The notes below the pieces were generated by a model, which did not search any database, was not told the origin of the DNA, and saw only the letters and a program-made list of their open reading frames with translations. From the sequence record SRR31156797_15621: a stretch of 41,960 bases of DNA; one strand, given 5' to 3'. Position 1 is the stretch's first letter, and every line of letters starts with the position of its first letter. The position numbers were made by a program, and so were the translations under genes. Below are positions 18,175 through 26,782 of the stretch, in pieces.

Positions 18175-21100
18175 ATGAATACAGAAAAGCAATTTCCGAT
18201 AACCAATATTGCCATCAGCAACAGGGTTACCGTTTACATATTTACAGTAATCCTGATCATTGCTGGAGTGCTGGCTTATCAGTCCACACCAAAAGAAAGT
18301 TTTCCGGAAGTTACTTTCCCCTACTTTTCGGTTTCAACCATTTATGTAGGAACATCTCCGGAGGATATGGTGAACCTGGTTACACATCCCATAGAAAAGG
18401 AGCTGAAAAGTGTGAAAGGTGTAAAAAAGATCAGCAGTAAATCAATCCAGGACTTTTCGCTGATCTTTATCGAGTTCGAAACCAATGTGGATGAAAACCG
18501 CGCCATGCAGGACATGAAAGACGCAGTGGATAAGGCCAAACCCAACCTGCCACCCGAACTATCACAGGATCCCAATGTGTTGCCGGAAGTTACACGTATC
18601 GACCTCTCGGAAATACCGGTACTGAATATTAACCTTTCGGGAAGTATGGGGCTGGTAAAAATAAAAGAGTATGCCGAGAATATTCAGGATAAAATTGAAG
18701 AACTCCAGGAGATAACCCGTGTGGATATTGTTGGTGCGCTCGATCGCGAAATCCAGGTAAATGTTGACCTGTATAAGATGCAGGCAGCCAGGGTGTCATT
18801 TGATCAGATCGTAAACATCATCCGGATGGAAAACATGACCATCACAGCCGGTATGCTGGATGTGGGCATGATGCAACGTAACATGCGCGTTGTTGGTGAA
18901 TTTGAATCCCCGGAAGATCTCAACCATATCCTCATCAAGGAAGGGGTTTATTTGAGTGATATCGCCACCATAAAAGATGGATTTAAGGAACGCGAAAGTT
19001 ATTCGCGAATGGACACCGAGGAAGTGATCACGCTGAATGTGATTAAAAAAAGTGGTAAGAACCTGATAATCGCCATCGATAAAATAAAGGATATCCTGGA
19101 TGAATTCAGGGAAACCGCTCCAAGCAGCCTCGAAATTGATGCCACAGGCGACCAGAGCACCATGACCCGTAACAATGTGAGCGATCTGTTTAACACCATT
19201 ATCCTGGGATTTTTGGTGGTAACATTGGTGCTGATGTTTTTTATGGGGATTGATAATGCCTTGTTTGTGGCGGTTGCCATTCCGCTATCCATGGTCATTG
19301 CCTTTATCTTTGTGCCACTTGTTGGATTCACCATGAACATGGTAGTGTTGATGGCATTTATCCTGGTACTTGGGATTGTGGTGGATAATTCGATTGTTAT
19401 CGTCGAAAACATCTACCGGAACTACATGAACACACCAAATCTAAGCATATTCGATGCAACCAGGCAATCGGTCGGCGAGGTAGCGCTGCCGGTATTCACC
19501 GGAACATTAACCACTGTGATTCCATTTATTCCCCTGGCGTTCTGGCCGGGGATCATCGGAAAATTCATGTTGTTTATACCGGTAACATTAATTATCACCC
19601 TGCTGGCATCCATGCTGGTGGCCTTTGTGATGAATCCTGTTTTTGCTGTCTCGTTTATGCGCTATCGCGGAGATCAATCGCACGAACAAAAGCTCTACAA
19701 AAAGGAAACGATATTCCTGATTTTGGCGGTTGTGGTTGGTGTGATCATGTATGCGGCAGGAATCAACTGGATGGGAAATATAATGGGATTTATTGTACTG
19801 ATGTGGCTGTTTACCAAGTTTGTAATTTTTTACCTCATCGAGAAGTTCCAGAAATATGTGATCCCCAGGATGATGGCCGGATATCGCAAAACCCTTGATA
19901 TAGCACTTAAAGGTATAATGCCCTATGTGATCATTGGGTTTACGGTTGTCTTGCTTTTCTTTACTTTTTTTCTGATGAGTGTGAAACCGCCGAAAGTGGT
20001 TTTCTTCCCTCAGGGTGATCCCAACAGCATTTTCATTTACATAACCATGCCAACAGGAACCGACATCGAGGTGACTGACAGGGTGACCAGGCAGGTTGAA
20101 GATTCTGTGTTCTCCATTCTGGGATATAATAATCCCGATGTGGAATCAGTGATTACCAATGTGGCTTTAAATGCAGGGCAGGATATTTTTGAAAGGACTA
20201 CCCAGGCAAGGTTGTCGAAAGTGGCCATAAACTTCGAAGAATATAAGTTCAGAACCGGCCCGGGCACTTCCGAAATTCTAGAGCAGTTGCGCAATAAAAT
20301 TCAGGGAATCCCGGGGGCACAAATCATTGTTGACCGCGAAGCCAACGGCCCGCCAACAGGTAAACCCATCAACCTCGAGATTCGTGGTGAGGCCAAGAAA
20401 CCTTACATCGAACTGGTAAACCAGGCCGAACTAACCCAAATGTTTATCGATTCGCTAGGCATACCAGGAATTGAAGATTTAAAGTCGGATGCTGATGTGG
20501 ATAAACCCGAAGTGATTGTGGATATCGACAGGATTAAAGCCAATCAGTATGGCATCACCACTGCGTATGTTGGATCCGTTTTAAGGACAGCGTTATATGG
20601 CACCACTGCTTCCAAGTACCGCGAAGGTGATGAAGAATATCCGATCAATGTCCGGCTTCAGGAAAAATACCGTTTGAAGGTGAGCGACCTGATGAACCTG
20701 AGAATTCCGGTACCAGGAGGGCCTGATGGGTTGCGCGAAATTCCCATCTCGGCCATTGCTAAAATTGACTATCAATCGTCATATGGTGGTGTTATTCACC
20801 AGGAATACCGACCAACGATCACTTTGTCGTCCAATGTGCTTACAGGCTACAATGCGAATGAAATAGTGGGTGAGATCGCAGCAGCGCTCGAAGATTACGA
20901 TCTTCCAAATGGATACGAATTTGTATTTACCGGGGAGCAACAGGATCAGGAAGAGTCTGGTACCTTCCTGTCGAGGGCATTCCTCATTGCCATTGCCGCA
21001 GTGTTCCTGGTATTGGTGTCGCAGTTTAATTCCCTTTCGAAGCCGGTGATCATCCTGCTCCAGGTTGTTTTCAGTATGATCGGGGTATTACTTTTCACCA

Positions 21101-21540
21101 CTTTATTTGGCATGGAAATTTCCGTTGTTATGACAGGTATGGGCCTGATTGCAGTAATCGGGATTGTGGTAAAAAATGCCATCATTCTCATCGATTACAC
21201 GGATGTTCTGGTTAAACAGCATGGCGATTTTAAAGATGCCGTTATCACGGGAGGAGCAACACGTTTAACACCGGTATTGCTCACTGCAGCATCAACAATC
21301 TTTGGATTATTACCACTGGCAATCGGACTGAACATCAACTTCCAGACCCTTTTTACAGAACTTAACCCCAACATTTACTTTGGTGGTGATAGTGCTGCAT
21401 TCTGGAATCCGCTGGCCTGGACAATTATATTTGGGCTTGCATTTGCAACATTTCTTACGTTGGTTCTTGTTCCGGCGATGTACTATGTAAGTTTCCGTCG
21501 CAGGGTAAGAATAGAAAAAGAAAAGGCAGCTGTTGCATAA
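18175..21540 (+). CDS. RND efflux permease (AcrB/AcrD/AcrF family)
   Basis: PKESFPEV, VAIPLSM, LGIVVDNSIVIVEN, GIVVKNAIILID, TRLTPVLLTA, TFLTLVLVPAMY. Confidence 0.94.
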   Translation: MNTEKQFPITNIAISNRVTVYIFTVILIIAGVLAYQSTPKESFPEVTFPYFSVSTIYVGTSPEDMVNLVTHPIEKELKSVKGVKKISSKSIQDFSLIFIEFETNVDENRAMQDMKDAVDKAKPNLPPELSQDPNVLPEVTRIDLSEIPVLNINLSGSMGLVKIKEYAENIQDKIEELQEITRVDIVGALDREIQVNVDLYKMQAARVSFDQIVNIIRMENMTITAGMLDVGMMQRNMRVVGEFESPEDLNHILIKEGVYLSDIATIKDGFKERESYSRMDTEEVITLNVIKKSGKNLIIAIDKIKDILDEFRETAPSSLEIDATGDQSTMTRNNVSDLFNTIILGFLVVTLVLMFFMGIDNALFVAVAIPLSMVIAFIFVPLVGFTMNMVVLMAFILVLGIVVDNSIVIVENIYRNYMNTPNLSIFDATRQSVGEVALPVFTGTLTTVIPFIPLAFWPGIIGKFMLFIPVTLIITLLASMLVAFVMNPVFAVSFMRYRGDQSHEQKLYKKETIFLILAVVVGVIMYAAGINWMGNIMGFIVLMWLFTKFVIFYLIEKFQKYVIPRMMAGYRKTLDIALKGIMPYVIIGFTVVLLFFTFFLMSVKPPKVVFFPQGDPNSIFIYITMPTGTDIEVTDRVTRQVEDSVFSILGYNNPDVESVITNVALNAGQDIFERTTQARLSKVAINFEEYKFRTGPGTSEILEQLRNKIQGIPGAQIIVDREANGPPTGKPINLEIRGEAKKPYIELVNQAELTQMFIDSLGIPGIEDLKSDADVDKPEVIVDIDRIKANQYGITTAYVGSVLRTALYGTTASKYREGDEEYPINVRLQEKYRLKVSDLMNLRIPVPGGPDGLREIPISAIAKIDYQSSYGGVIHQEYRPTITLSSNVLTGYNANEIVGEIAAALEDYDLPNGYEFVFTGEQQDQEESGTFLSRAFLIAIAAVFLVLVSQFNSLSKPVIILLQVVFSMIGVLLFTTLFGMEISVVMTGMGLIAVIGIVVKNAIILIDYTDVLVKQHGDFKDAVITGGATRLTPVLLTAASTIFGLLPLAIGLNINFQTLFTELNPNIYFGGDSAAFWNPLAWTIIFGLAFATFLTLVLVPAMYYVSFRRRVRIEKEKAAVA

Positions 21541-21613
21541 ACTTTATTCCGGTAATGATCCGGCAACAAATTTTAGTTAATTCGGTTTTAATTGTTTCGA
21601 AAGAGTCTGAAAA

Positions 21614-22321
21614 ATGAAAATACATAAATCCTTGATTTTGACGCTTTTTGCAGGATTGGTTTTATCTTCCTGTAAGACCCCGATTGATCAGCCCGAAAAG
21701 GTGACACCAGAAACACATATGGATTCCATCAGTTATATCATCGGGTATGACTATGGAACCGGTATCCGTGACCAGGAAATTGAAGCCAATCCGGTAATGA
21801 TTTACAAGGGGCTGTTTGATGCCCTGGAAGGGGATGAAGCTTATTTTGATGATAGCATTCGTGAGCAGTTGGTTCAGGATTTTAATGAGGTGGTAAAGAA
21901 GATCGAGGATAAGCGGTTTATGGAGATGGTGATTAAAAACAAGCAGGAAGGCAGGAAATTTCTGGAACAAAACAAAACAACTCCCGGAGTAGTAGAACTG
22001 CCGTCAGGATTGCAATACAAAATCCTGAAGCTGGGGGCCGGGGATAATTTTCCGGCGGCAAACGACAGTATAACGATCCACTATCGCGCCATGTACACCG
22101 ACAGAACCACCTTTGACATGTCATACCAAACCGGGCCGGTAGGTATCCGGGTTGATCACCTGGTGAGTGGGCTATCCAATGGGATCCAACTCATGAGGAA
22201 AGGTGCTATTTATGAGTTTTACATTCCATCGGAGCTGGGTTATGGCGATCAGAATTATCGCGATATGATACCGGGAGGAAGCACCGTAATTTATTCTGTG
22301 GAGCTGATAGATATTCATTAA
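21614..22321 (+). CDS. FKBP-type peptidyl-prolyl isomerase (FkpA/Mip-like), lipoprotein
   Basis: Lipobox VLSS-C; DSISYIIG N-domain; LPSGLQYKIL, YIPSELGYG, IPGGSTVIYSVEL. Confidence 0.88.
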   Translation: MKIHKSLILTLFAGLVLSSCKTPIDQPEKVTPETHMDSISYIIGYDYGTGIRDQEIEANPVMIYKGLFDALEGDEAYFDDSIREQLVQDFNEVVKKIEDKRFMEMVIKNKQEGRKFLEQNKTTPGVVELPSGLQYKILKLGAGDNFPAANDSITIHYRAMYTDRTTFDMSYQTGPVGIRVDHLVSGLSNGIQLMRKGAIYEFYIPSELGYGDQNYRDMIPGGSTVIYSVELIDIH

Positions 22322-22448
22322 CCATATTATTCTGAAAGTTTCTTTTCAGGATAGAAATGTGATCATAATGTAACTATGTATCGGCAGGCGGCAATAACAA
22401 ATCTTATATCCTGTTGTTTCAATGTCGAAAATGTTAAAAAATTAAATC

Positions 22449-23603
22449 ATGAATAACTTTACATACTACAACCCAACGAAAATCATTTTTGGTGAAAACA
22501 CAATTTCTCAAATTGCAAAGGAAATCCCAGCCGAGGCAAAAGTTTTAATCACATACGGTGGTGGTTCCATCAAAAAGAATGGCGTATACGACCAGGTTAT
22601 GGCAGCGCTGAAATCATACAAACTTTTGGAGTTTGGAGGCATTGAACCCAATCCACAATATGCAACTCTGATGAAGGCTGTAGAAATTTGTCGCAACGAA
22701 AAGATTGATTTTCTTTTGGCTGTTGGCGGAGGTTCCGTGCTTGACGGCACAAAATTCATCGCTGCAGCAGCTCCATTCGATGGTGAACCATGGGATATTC
22801 TTGCCAAAAATTCTAAAGTTGACTCGGCTATACCACTGGCATCGGTTTTAACCTTACCGGCAACAGGTTCAGAAATGAACGCCTTTGCTGTTGTTTCAAG
22901 AAAAGAGCTTGGAAAAAAACTCGCCTTTGGTTCGCCATATACTTTTCCGAGGTTTTCGGTGCTGGACCCTGCAGTAACAAAATCGCTCTCAAAAAGGCAG
23001 CGCGGAAACGGCGTTGTGGATGCTTTTGTACATGTTACTGAACAGTACATGACTTATCCGCAAAACGCACCACTACAAGACAGATATGCAGAAGCCATTT
23101 TAAAAACCCTGATCGAAGAAGGTCCTGAATACATTGAAAACCCTGATAATGCAGATGCTGCTAAAAACGTGGTTTGGTCGGCAACACTGGCACTCAATGG
23201 TACGCTTGCGGCAGGTGTAGTTACAGATTGGGCAACCCACAGTATAGGTCATGAACTTACCGCCTTGCATGGAATCGATCATGCACGCACACTGGCCATC
23301 ATCTGGCCAGGCATGATGCGCGTGATGAGCCCTGAAAAAAAGCAGAAACTTGTTCAATATGCAAACCGTGTTTGGGATGTTGAGCAGGGAGATCAAGATA
23401 AAATGATTGAAGCTGCGATAAATAAAACAGAGGCATTTTTTAATGAGCTTGGCCTGCCAACCCGGTTTGAGGATTATAAGCTGGAGAAATCAGACATCCC
23501 GAAAGTTGTTGAAAATCTGAAGGCAAACAACTTTGTTTCGCTGGGTGAAACCAAACGCGTTACACCGGAGAAGGTGGAAGCGATTTTGGAAGACAGGCTT
23601 TAG
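22449..23603 (+). CDS. yqhD: Iron-containing, NADPH-dependent alcohol/aldehyde dehydrogenase (YqhD-like)
   Basis: NFTYYNPTKIIFG, YGGGSIKKNG, GIEPNP, AVGGGSVLDGTK, TLPATGSEMN, DWATHSIGHELTALHGIDHARTLA. Confidence 0.9.
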   Translation: MNNFTYYNPTKIIFGENTISQIAKEIPAEAKVLITYGGGSIKKNGVYDQVMAALKSYKLLEFGGIEPNPQYATLMKAVEICRNEKIDFLLAVGGGSVLDGTKFIAAAAPFDGEPWDILAKNSKVDSAIPLASVLTLPATGSEMNAFAVVSRKELGKKLAFGSPYTFPRFSVLDPAVTKSLSKRQRGNGVVDAFVHVTEQYMTYPQNAPLQDRYAEAILKTLIEEGPEYIENPDNADAAKNVVWSATLALNGTLAAGVVTDWATHSIGHELTALHGIDHARTLAIIWPGMMRVMSPEKKQKLVQYANRVWDVEQGDQDKMIEAAINKTEAFFNELGLPTRFEDYKLEKSDIPKVVENLKANNFVSLGETKRVTPEKVEAILEDRL

Positions 23604-23642
23604 AGAGATTGGTCCAACGACTTCTAATGTGTTTTATATGGT

Positions 23643-23650
23643 TAGCTTTG
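23643..23650 (+). promoter_or_regulatory. -7 box (TAGCTTTG)
   Basis: TAnnTTTG 23 nt upstream of ATG 23674; argues against the upstream starts at 23533 and 23638. Confidence 0.55.
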
Positions 23651-23673
23651 CAGGCTTGCTAATACTTCCTCAC

Positions 23674-24735
23674 ATGCTACAACGTACTTTTCGAAACAAC
23701 CTGACTTTGGGGATTTTTCTGGCTGTAGTATCCCTGTTGTTCAACCATTGTAAATCAGATGATCCACCGGATGATCCAAAAACCTACCCTCAGCTTTACA
23801 TCAATGAGGTGATGCCTGACAATGAAACTGTGCTGGAAGATGAATCTGGTGAGCACGATGACTGGATAGAAATTTACAATCCAAATGTTGAACCGGTGAA
23901 TTTGGCCGGATGGTATATTTCCGATAGGGTAGGAAATCTCCGGCAATACCAGTTTCCCACAGCAAACGCATCTGTTACAACCATTCCGGCAAAACAACAT
24001 ATCATCATTTGGGCTGATGAGCAGCCTGGCCAGGGGCTTTTGCACCTTAATTTCAGGCTTAGCAGTACCGGTGAAACCATTTACCTGAGTGGTGATGGGG
24101 TAAACCTTGTTGATTATATGGCCTATGGTGATGGAGGTGATGTGATGCCCCCGGAAACTGATCATTCCGTTGGAAGAATTGAGGATGGTGCATCGCAGTG
24201 GGTGCTTTTTACCAACCCTACTCCGGGAAGTGCCAACCTTTTGAATCCGGACCCGGACACTGTGATTCTTATCAATGAATTCATGGCTGCCAACGATAGT
24301 TTTATTGCAGATGAATTTGGGGAATACGACGACTGGATTGAACTTTACAACAATGGAAATGAAGCTGTTGACATAGGTGGTTGGTACATCACTGATGACA
24401 CTGCCAACATGCAAAACTGGCAAATCCCGGACTCATTGCCGGCACAAACAACCATTGAGTCAGGTAGTTTTTTATTGCTTTGGGCCGATGAACAACCGGA
24501 ACAGGGTGTGCTTCATGTTGGCATTAAAATAAATGCGGAAGGCGAGGAAATCGGGTTATCAGCTGATGGGATTGAATTTCTTGATTTTATCCGGTTCGGC
24601 CCCGGTGAGGTAGTTGAAGCGCCTGCCGTTGATCACTCCTCCGGGAGAACCATGGATGGATCAGACCGATGGACAGTTTTTCAGCCCGGGTCCGGTCAGC
24701 CGCCTTCACCCGGCAGTGCAAATGGCAGCAGGTAA
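23674..24735 (+). CDS. Lipoprotein with two tandem lamin-tail domains (LTD)
   Basis: Lipobox-like LLFNH-C-KSDD; two repeats INE(V/F)M..N...DE.GE.DDWIE(I/L)YN...GWYI(S/T)D...WADEQP.QG.LH...(T/S)PGSAN. Confidence 0.85.
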   Translation: MLQRTFRNNLTLGIFLAVVSLLFNHCKSDDPPDDPKTYPQLYINEVMPDNETVLEDESGEHDDWIEIYNPNVEPVNLAGWYISDRVGNLRQYQFPTANASVTTIPAKQHIIIWADEQPGQGLLHLNFRLSSTGETIYLSGDGVNLVDYMAYGDGGDVMPPETDHSVGRIEDGASQWVLFTNPTPGSANLLNPDPDTVILINEFMAANDSFIADEFGEYDDWIELYNNGNEAVDIGGWYITDDTANMQNWQIPDSLPAQTTIESGSFLLLWADEQPEQGVLHVGIKINAEGEEIGLSADGIEFLDFIRFGPGEVVEAPAVDHSSGRTMDGSDRWTVFQPGSGQPPSPGSANGSR

Positions 24736-24776
24736 TGGTTTTGGGTATTTTGTTTTCTTAAAAACGATTACATAGA

Positions 24777-25415
24777 ATGGCAAACATGCAGGCCGATCAA
24801 ACCCCACACAGGTACGAATTCAGAACTTTTGGGCAGCATTTCGAAAAGCAAATCGAAAAAATGAAGCTGCTATCGGAACCTGTTCCGGAAAAATTCAGGG
24901 AACGCAAATCCAAAGAAATTTATCTCTTGTCCACACTTAATTCCACGAATAACATAAAAATCAGGAATCAGAAACTGGATATAAAAACCCTGATCAATCA
25001 ACAGGATGGCCTGGAGCAGTGGGAGCCTGTTGTAAAGGAAAAACTCCCGCTGTCAGATAAATTTCTTGCAGAATCACTTTTACCTGCTTTTGAAGCTGCC
25101 ATCCCGGATTTTGAAATTGAAAGCTATGATTTGGAATCCTTGCTGAAGATCATTCAAATCCATCCTGACCTGTTGGCTGTAGATGTTCACAAACAGCGGT
25201 TTGGTTTTATGGTAAACAGCACGATCTGCGAATATGCCCATGTATTGATCAACGGCTCGCAAGTGGTTTCGGTAAGCACAGAATCAGAAGACCCCAAAGC
25301 GGTGTTAAAAACCATAAAGGATATACAACTCCATGGCCTTGAAAACATCAACTATTTGCGAGCCATCAAAAGGGTAACCGGCTTGATAGATCAACCACTC
25401 ATGAATCTGGAGTAA
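24777..25415 (+). CDS. Hypothetical protein, CYTH/triphosphate-tunnel-like
   Basis: N-terminal RYEFRTF, EIYLLS, NIKIRNQKLDIK, VHKQRFGF, CEYAHV and STESED resemble the pattern of charged beta-strands in CYTH proteins. Confidence 0.55.
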   Translation: MANMQADQTPHRYEFRTFGQHFEKQIEKMKLLSEPVPEKFRERKSKEIYLLSTLNSTNNIKIRNQKLDIKTLINQQDGLEQWEPVVKEKLPLSDKFLAESLLPAFEAAIPDFEIESYDLESLLKIIQIHPDLLAVDVHKQRFGFMVNSTICEYAHVLINGSQVVSVSTESEDPKAVLKTIKDIQLHGLENINYLRAIKRVTGLIDQPLMNLE

Positions 25416-25545
25416 AAATAATTCCATCTGATGTTGATTGCCTGGAAAATTTATCCAGTTGCAGGTTGACATACTTTTGCCATTCTATCAATCTGCGTTA
25501 GAAATAAATTTAATTGTATTCAAAACTTTTAACCCAGGGACAGCA

Positions 25546-25630
25546 TTTTGTGAAAATTTTGTGCCTTGGTGCTTTTGTGGCTATTTTCTTTTTTGCCACT
25601 AAGACTCGAAAACACAAAGTATTCACAAAA
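25546..25630. repeat. Imperfect 36-bp-arm palindrome (REP-like) upstream of sodB
   Basis: Arms 25546-25581 and 25595-25630 match at 27/36 with a 13-nt loop; internal ~8-nt CACnAAR periodicity. Confidence 0.75.
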
Positions 25631-25694
25631 ATTAAACTTAACATGCTGAAAATAAAACAAAAGGAAATAGTTTCATAAATCGAACTCAGGTTAT

Positions 25695-25702
25695 TATATT
25701 TG
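25695..25702 (+). promoter_or_regulatory. -7 box (TATATTTG) for sodB
   Basis: TAnnTTTG 38 nt before ATG 25741. Confidence 0.6.
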
Positions 25703-25740
25703 CCTTTCAAAAATTTTATTCACCAAAAAAATGAAATACC

Positions 25741-26313
25741 ATGTTTACATTACCTCAATTGCCTTATGCGTATGATGCGCTTGAACCACACATTACCAAA
25801 GCCACCCTCGAATTCCACCACGACAAACACCACAACGCTTACGTTGAAAAAGTGAATGGCCAGGTTAAGGGTACAGAATTTGAAAACGCCGATCTGGAAA
25901 CCATCATCAAAAAAGCGGATGGTGGGATTTTTAACAACGGTGCCCAGGTTTGGAACCACACCTTTTATTTCGAGCAGTTTTCAGACAAGCCGCAAACCAG
26001 GCCAACCGGCAAACTTGCCGAAGCCATCAACGAAAGGTTTGGCAGCCTGGAAAATTTCAAGGAAGAATTCAGTAATGCTGCAGCCACCTTGTTTGGGTCA
26101 GGCTGGGCCTGGCTGGTTGTGGATGAAAACGGCAAACTGGGAATTGCCCAGACCATGAATGCCGGCAACCCCATTCGCGAAGGCCACAAACCACTGCTTA
26201 CCTGCGATGTGTGGGAACATGCCTATTACCTGGACGTACAAAACAAGCGTCCCGGTTATATCGAAAACTTCTGGAAAGTCCTGGACTGGAAAGTGATCGA
26301 AGGACGATTTTAA
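25741..26313 (+). CDS. sodB: Superoxide dismutase, Fe (or cambialistic Fe/Mn) type
   Basis: LPYAYDALEP, HHDKHHNAYV, NNGAQVWNH (Fe-type Gln), FGSGWAWL, NAGNP, DVWEHAYY. Confidence 0.95.
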   Translation: MFTLPQLPYAYDALEPHITKATLEFHHDKHHNAYVEKVNGQVKGTEFENADLETIIKKADGGIFNNGAQVWNHTFYFEQFSDKPQTRPTGKLAEAINERFGSLENFKEEFSNAAATLFGSGWAWLVVDENGKLGIAQTMNAGNPIREGHKPLLTCDVWEHAYYLDVQNKRPGYIENFWKVLDWKVIEGRF

Positions 26314-26337
26314 GTAAAAGCTTCATCATAAAATTGC

Positions 26338-26772
26338 TGTCCAAAAAGTCTCAGTGAAACATTGTGCCTGCTTTGAGTTGAAAGATACTCATCCAAGTTG
26401 GGTAAAACAGCCAACATCATTCTCCCGCAAGTTCGCTTAGCCGTCAGGATAGGAACGAAATATAACCAATTCTATAATGGGATTAGAACCTGGTACAGGT
26501 TCAGATATTGTAGTACGTCTTTAGCAAACATATTACTACAACCCGGTACGGATTGAGCATATTAAAGCATAGACGTAGGCACAACCCATACTGGGTTGCG
26601 TGCCCACTTTTCCCACTACTTGTTACAATACTTAAACCCGTACCGGGTTTTTTACATCTGTTTCATTTGCCTGACGGCTATGGGCTATCGGTGTAGGCGT
26701 TTCACAAGGATGATTTAAAGTTTCAACAAGGTGATTTTGACTAAGAGATAATATTTCTATGCTTTTGAGACA
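26338..26772. mobile_element. Non-coding foldback / MITE-like element with four REP-like hairpins
   Basis: Nested inverted repeats around ~26560: TGTCnnAAAAG ends, a perfect 11-bp TAGCCGTCAGG/CCTGACGGCTA pair and four 7-bp-stem GTA/TAC-loop palindromes. Confidence 0.55.
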
Positions 26773-26782
26773 CGGGCTTTTT

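Noticed and set aside
22328-22353. AT-rich hairpin after the FKBP gene
   Set aside because: Weak 10-bp stem and no U-tract; cannot support a terminator call
23533-23673. N-terminal extension of the LTD ORF overlapping yqhD
   Set aside because: The -7 box at 23643 and the signal peptide/lipobox indicate a start at 23674
25510-25710. 66-aa minus-strand ORF (ATKAPRHK...)
   Set aside because: It is a translation of the palindromic repeat and overlaps the sodB promoter
26486-26650. Four spaced palindromes considered as a mini CRISPR array
   Set aside because: Units are only 17 nt, differ in sequence, switch orientation mid-way, and no cas gene is present; REP-like interpretation fits better
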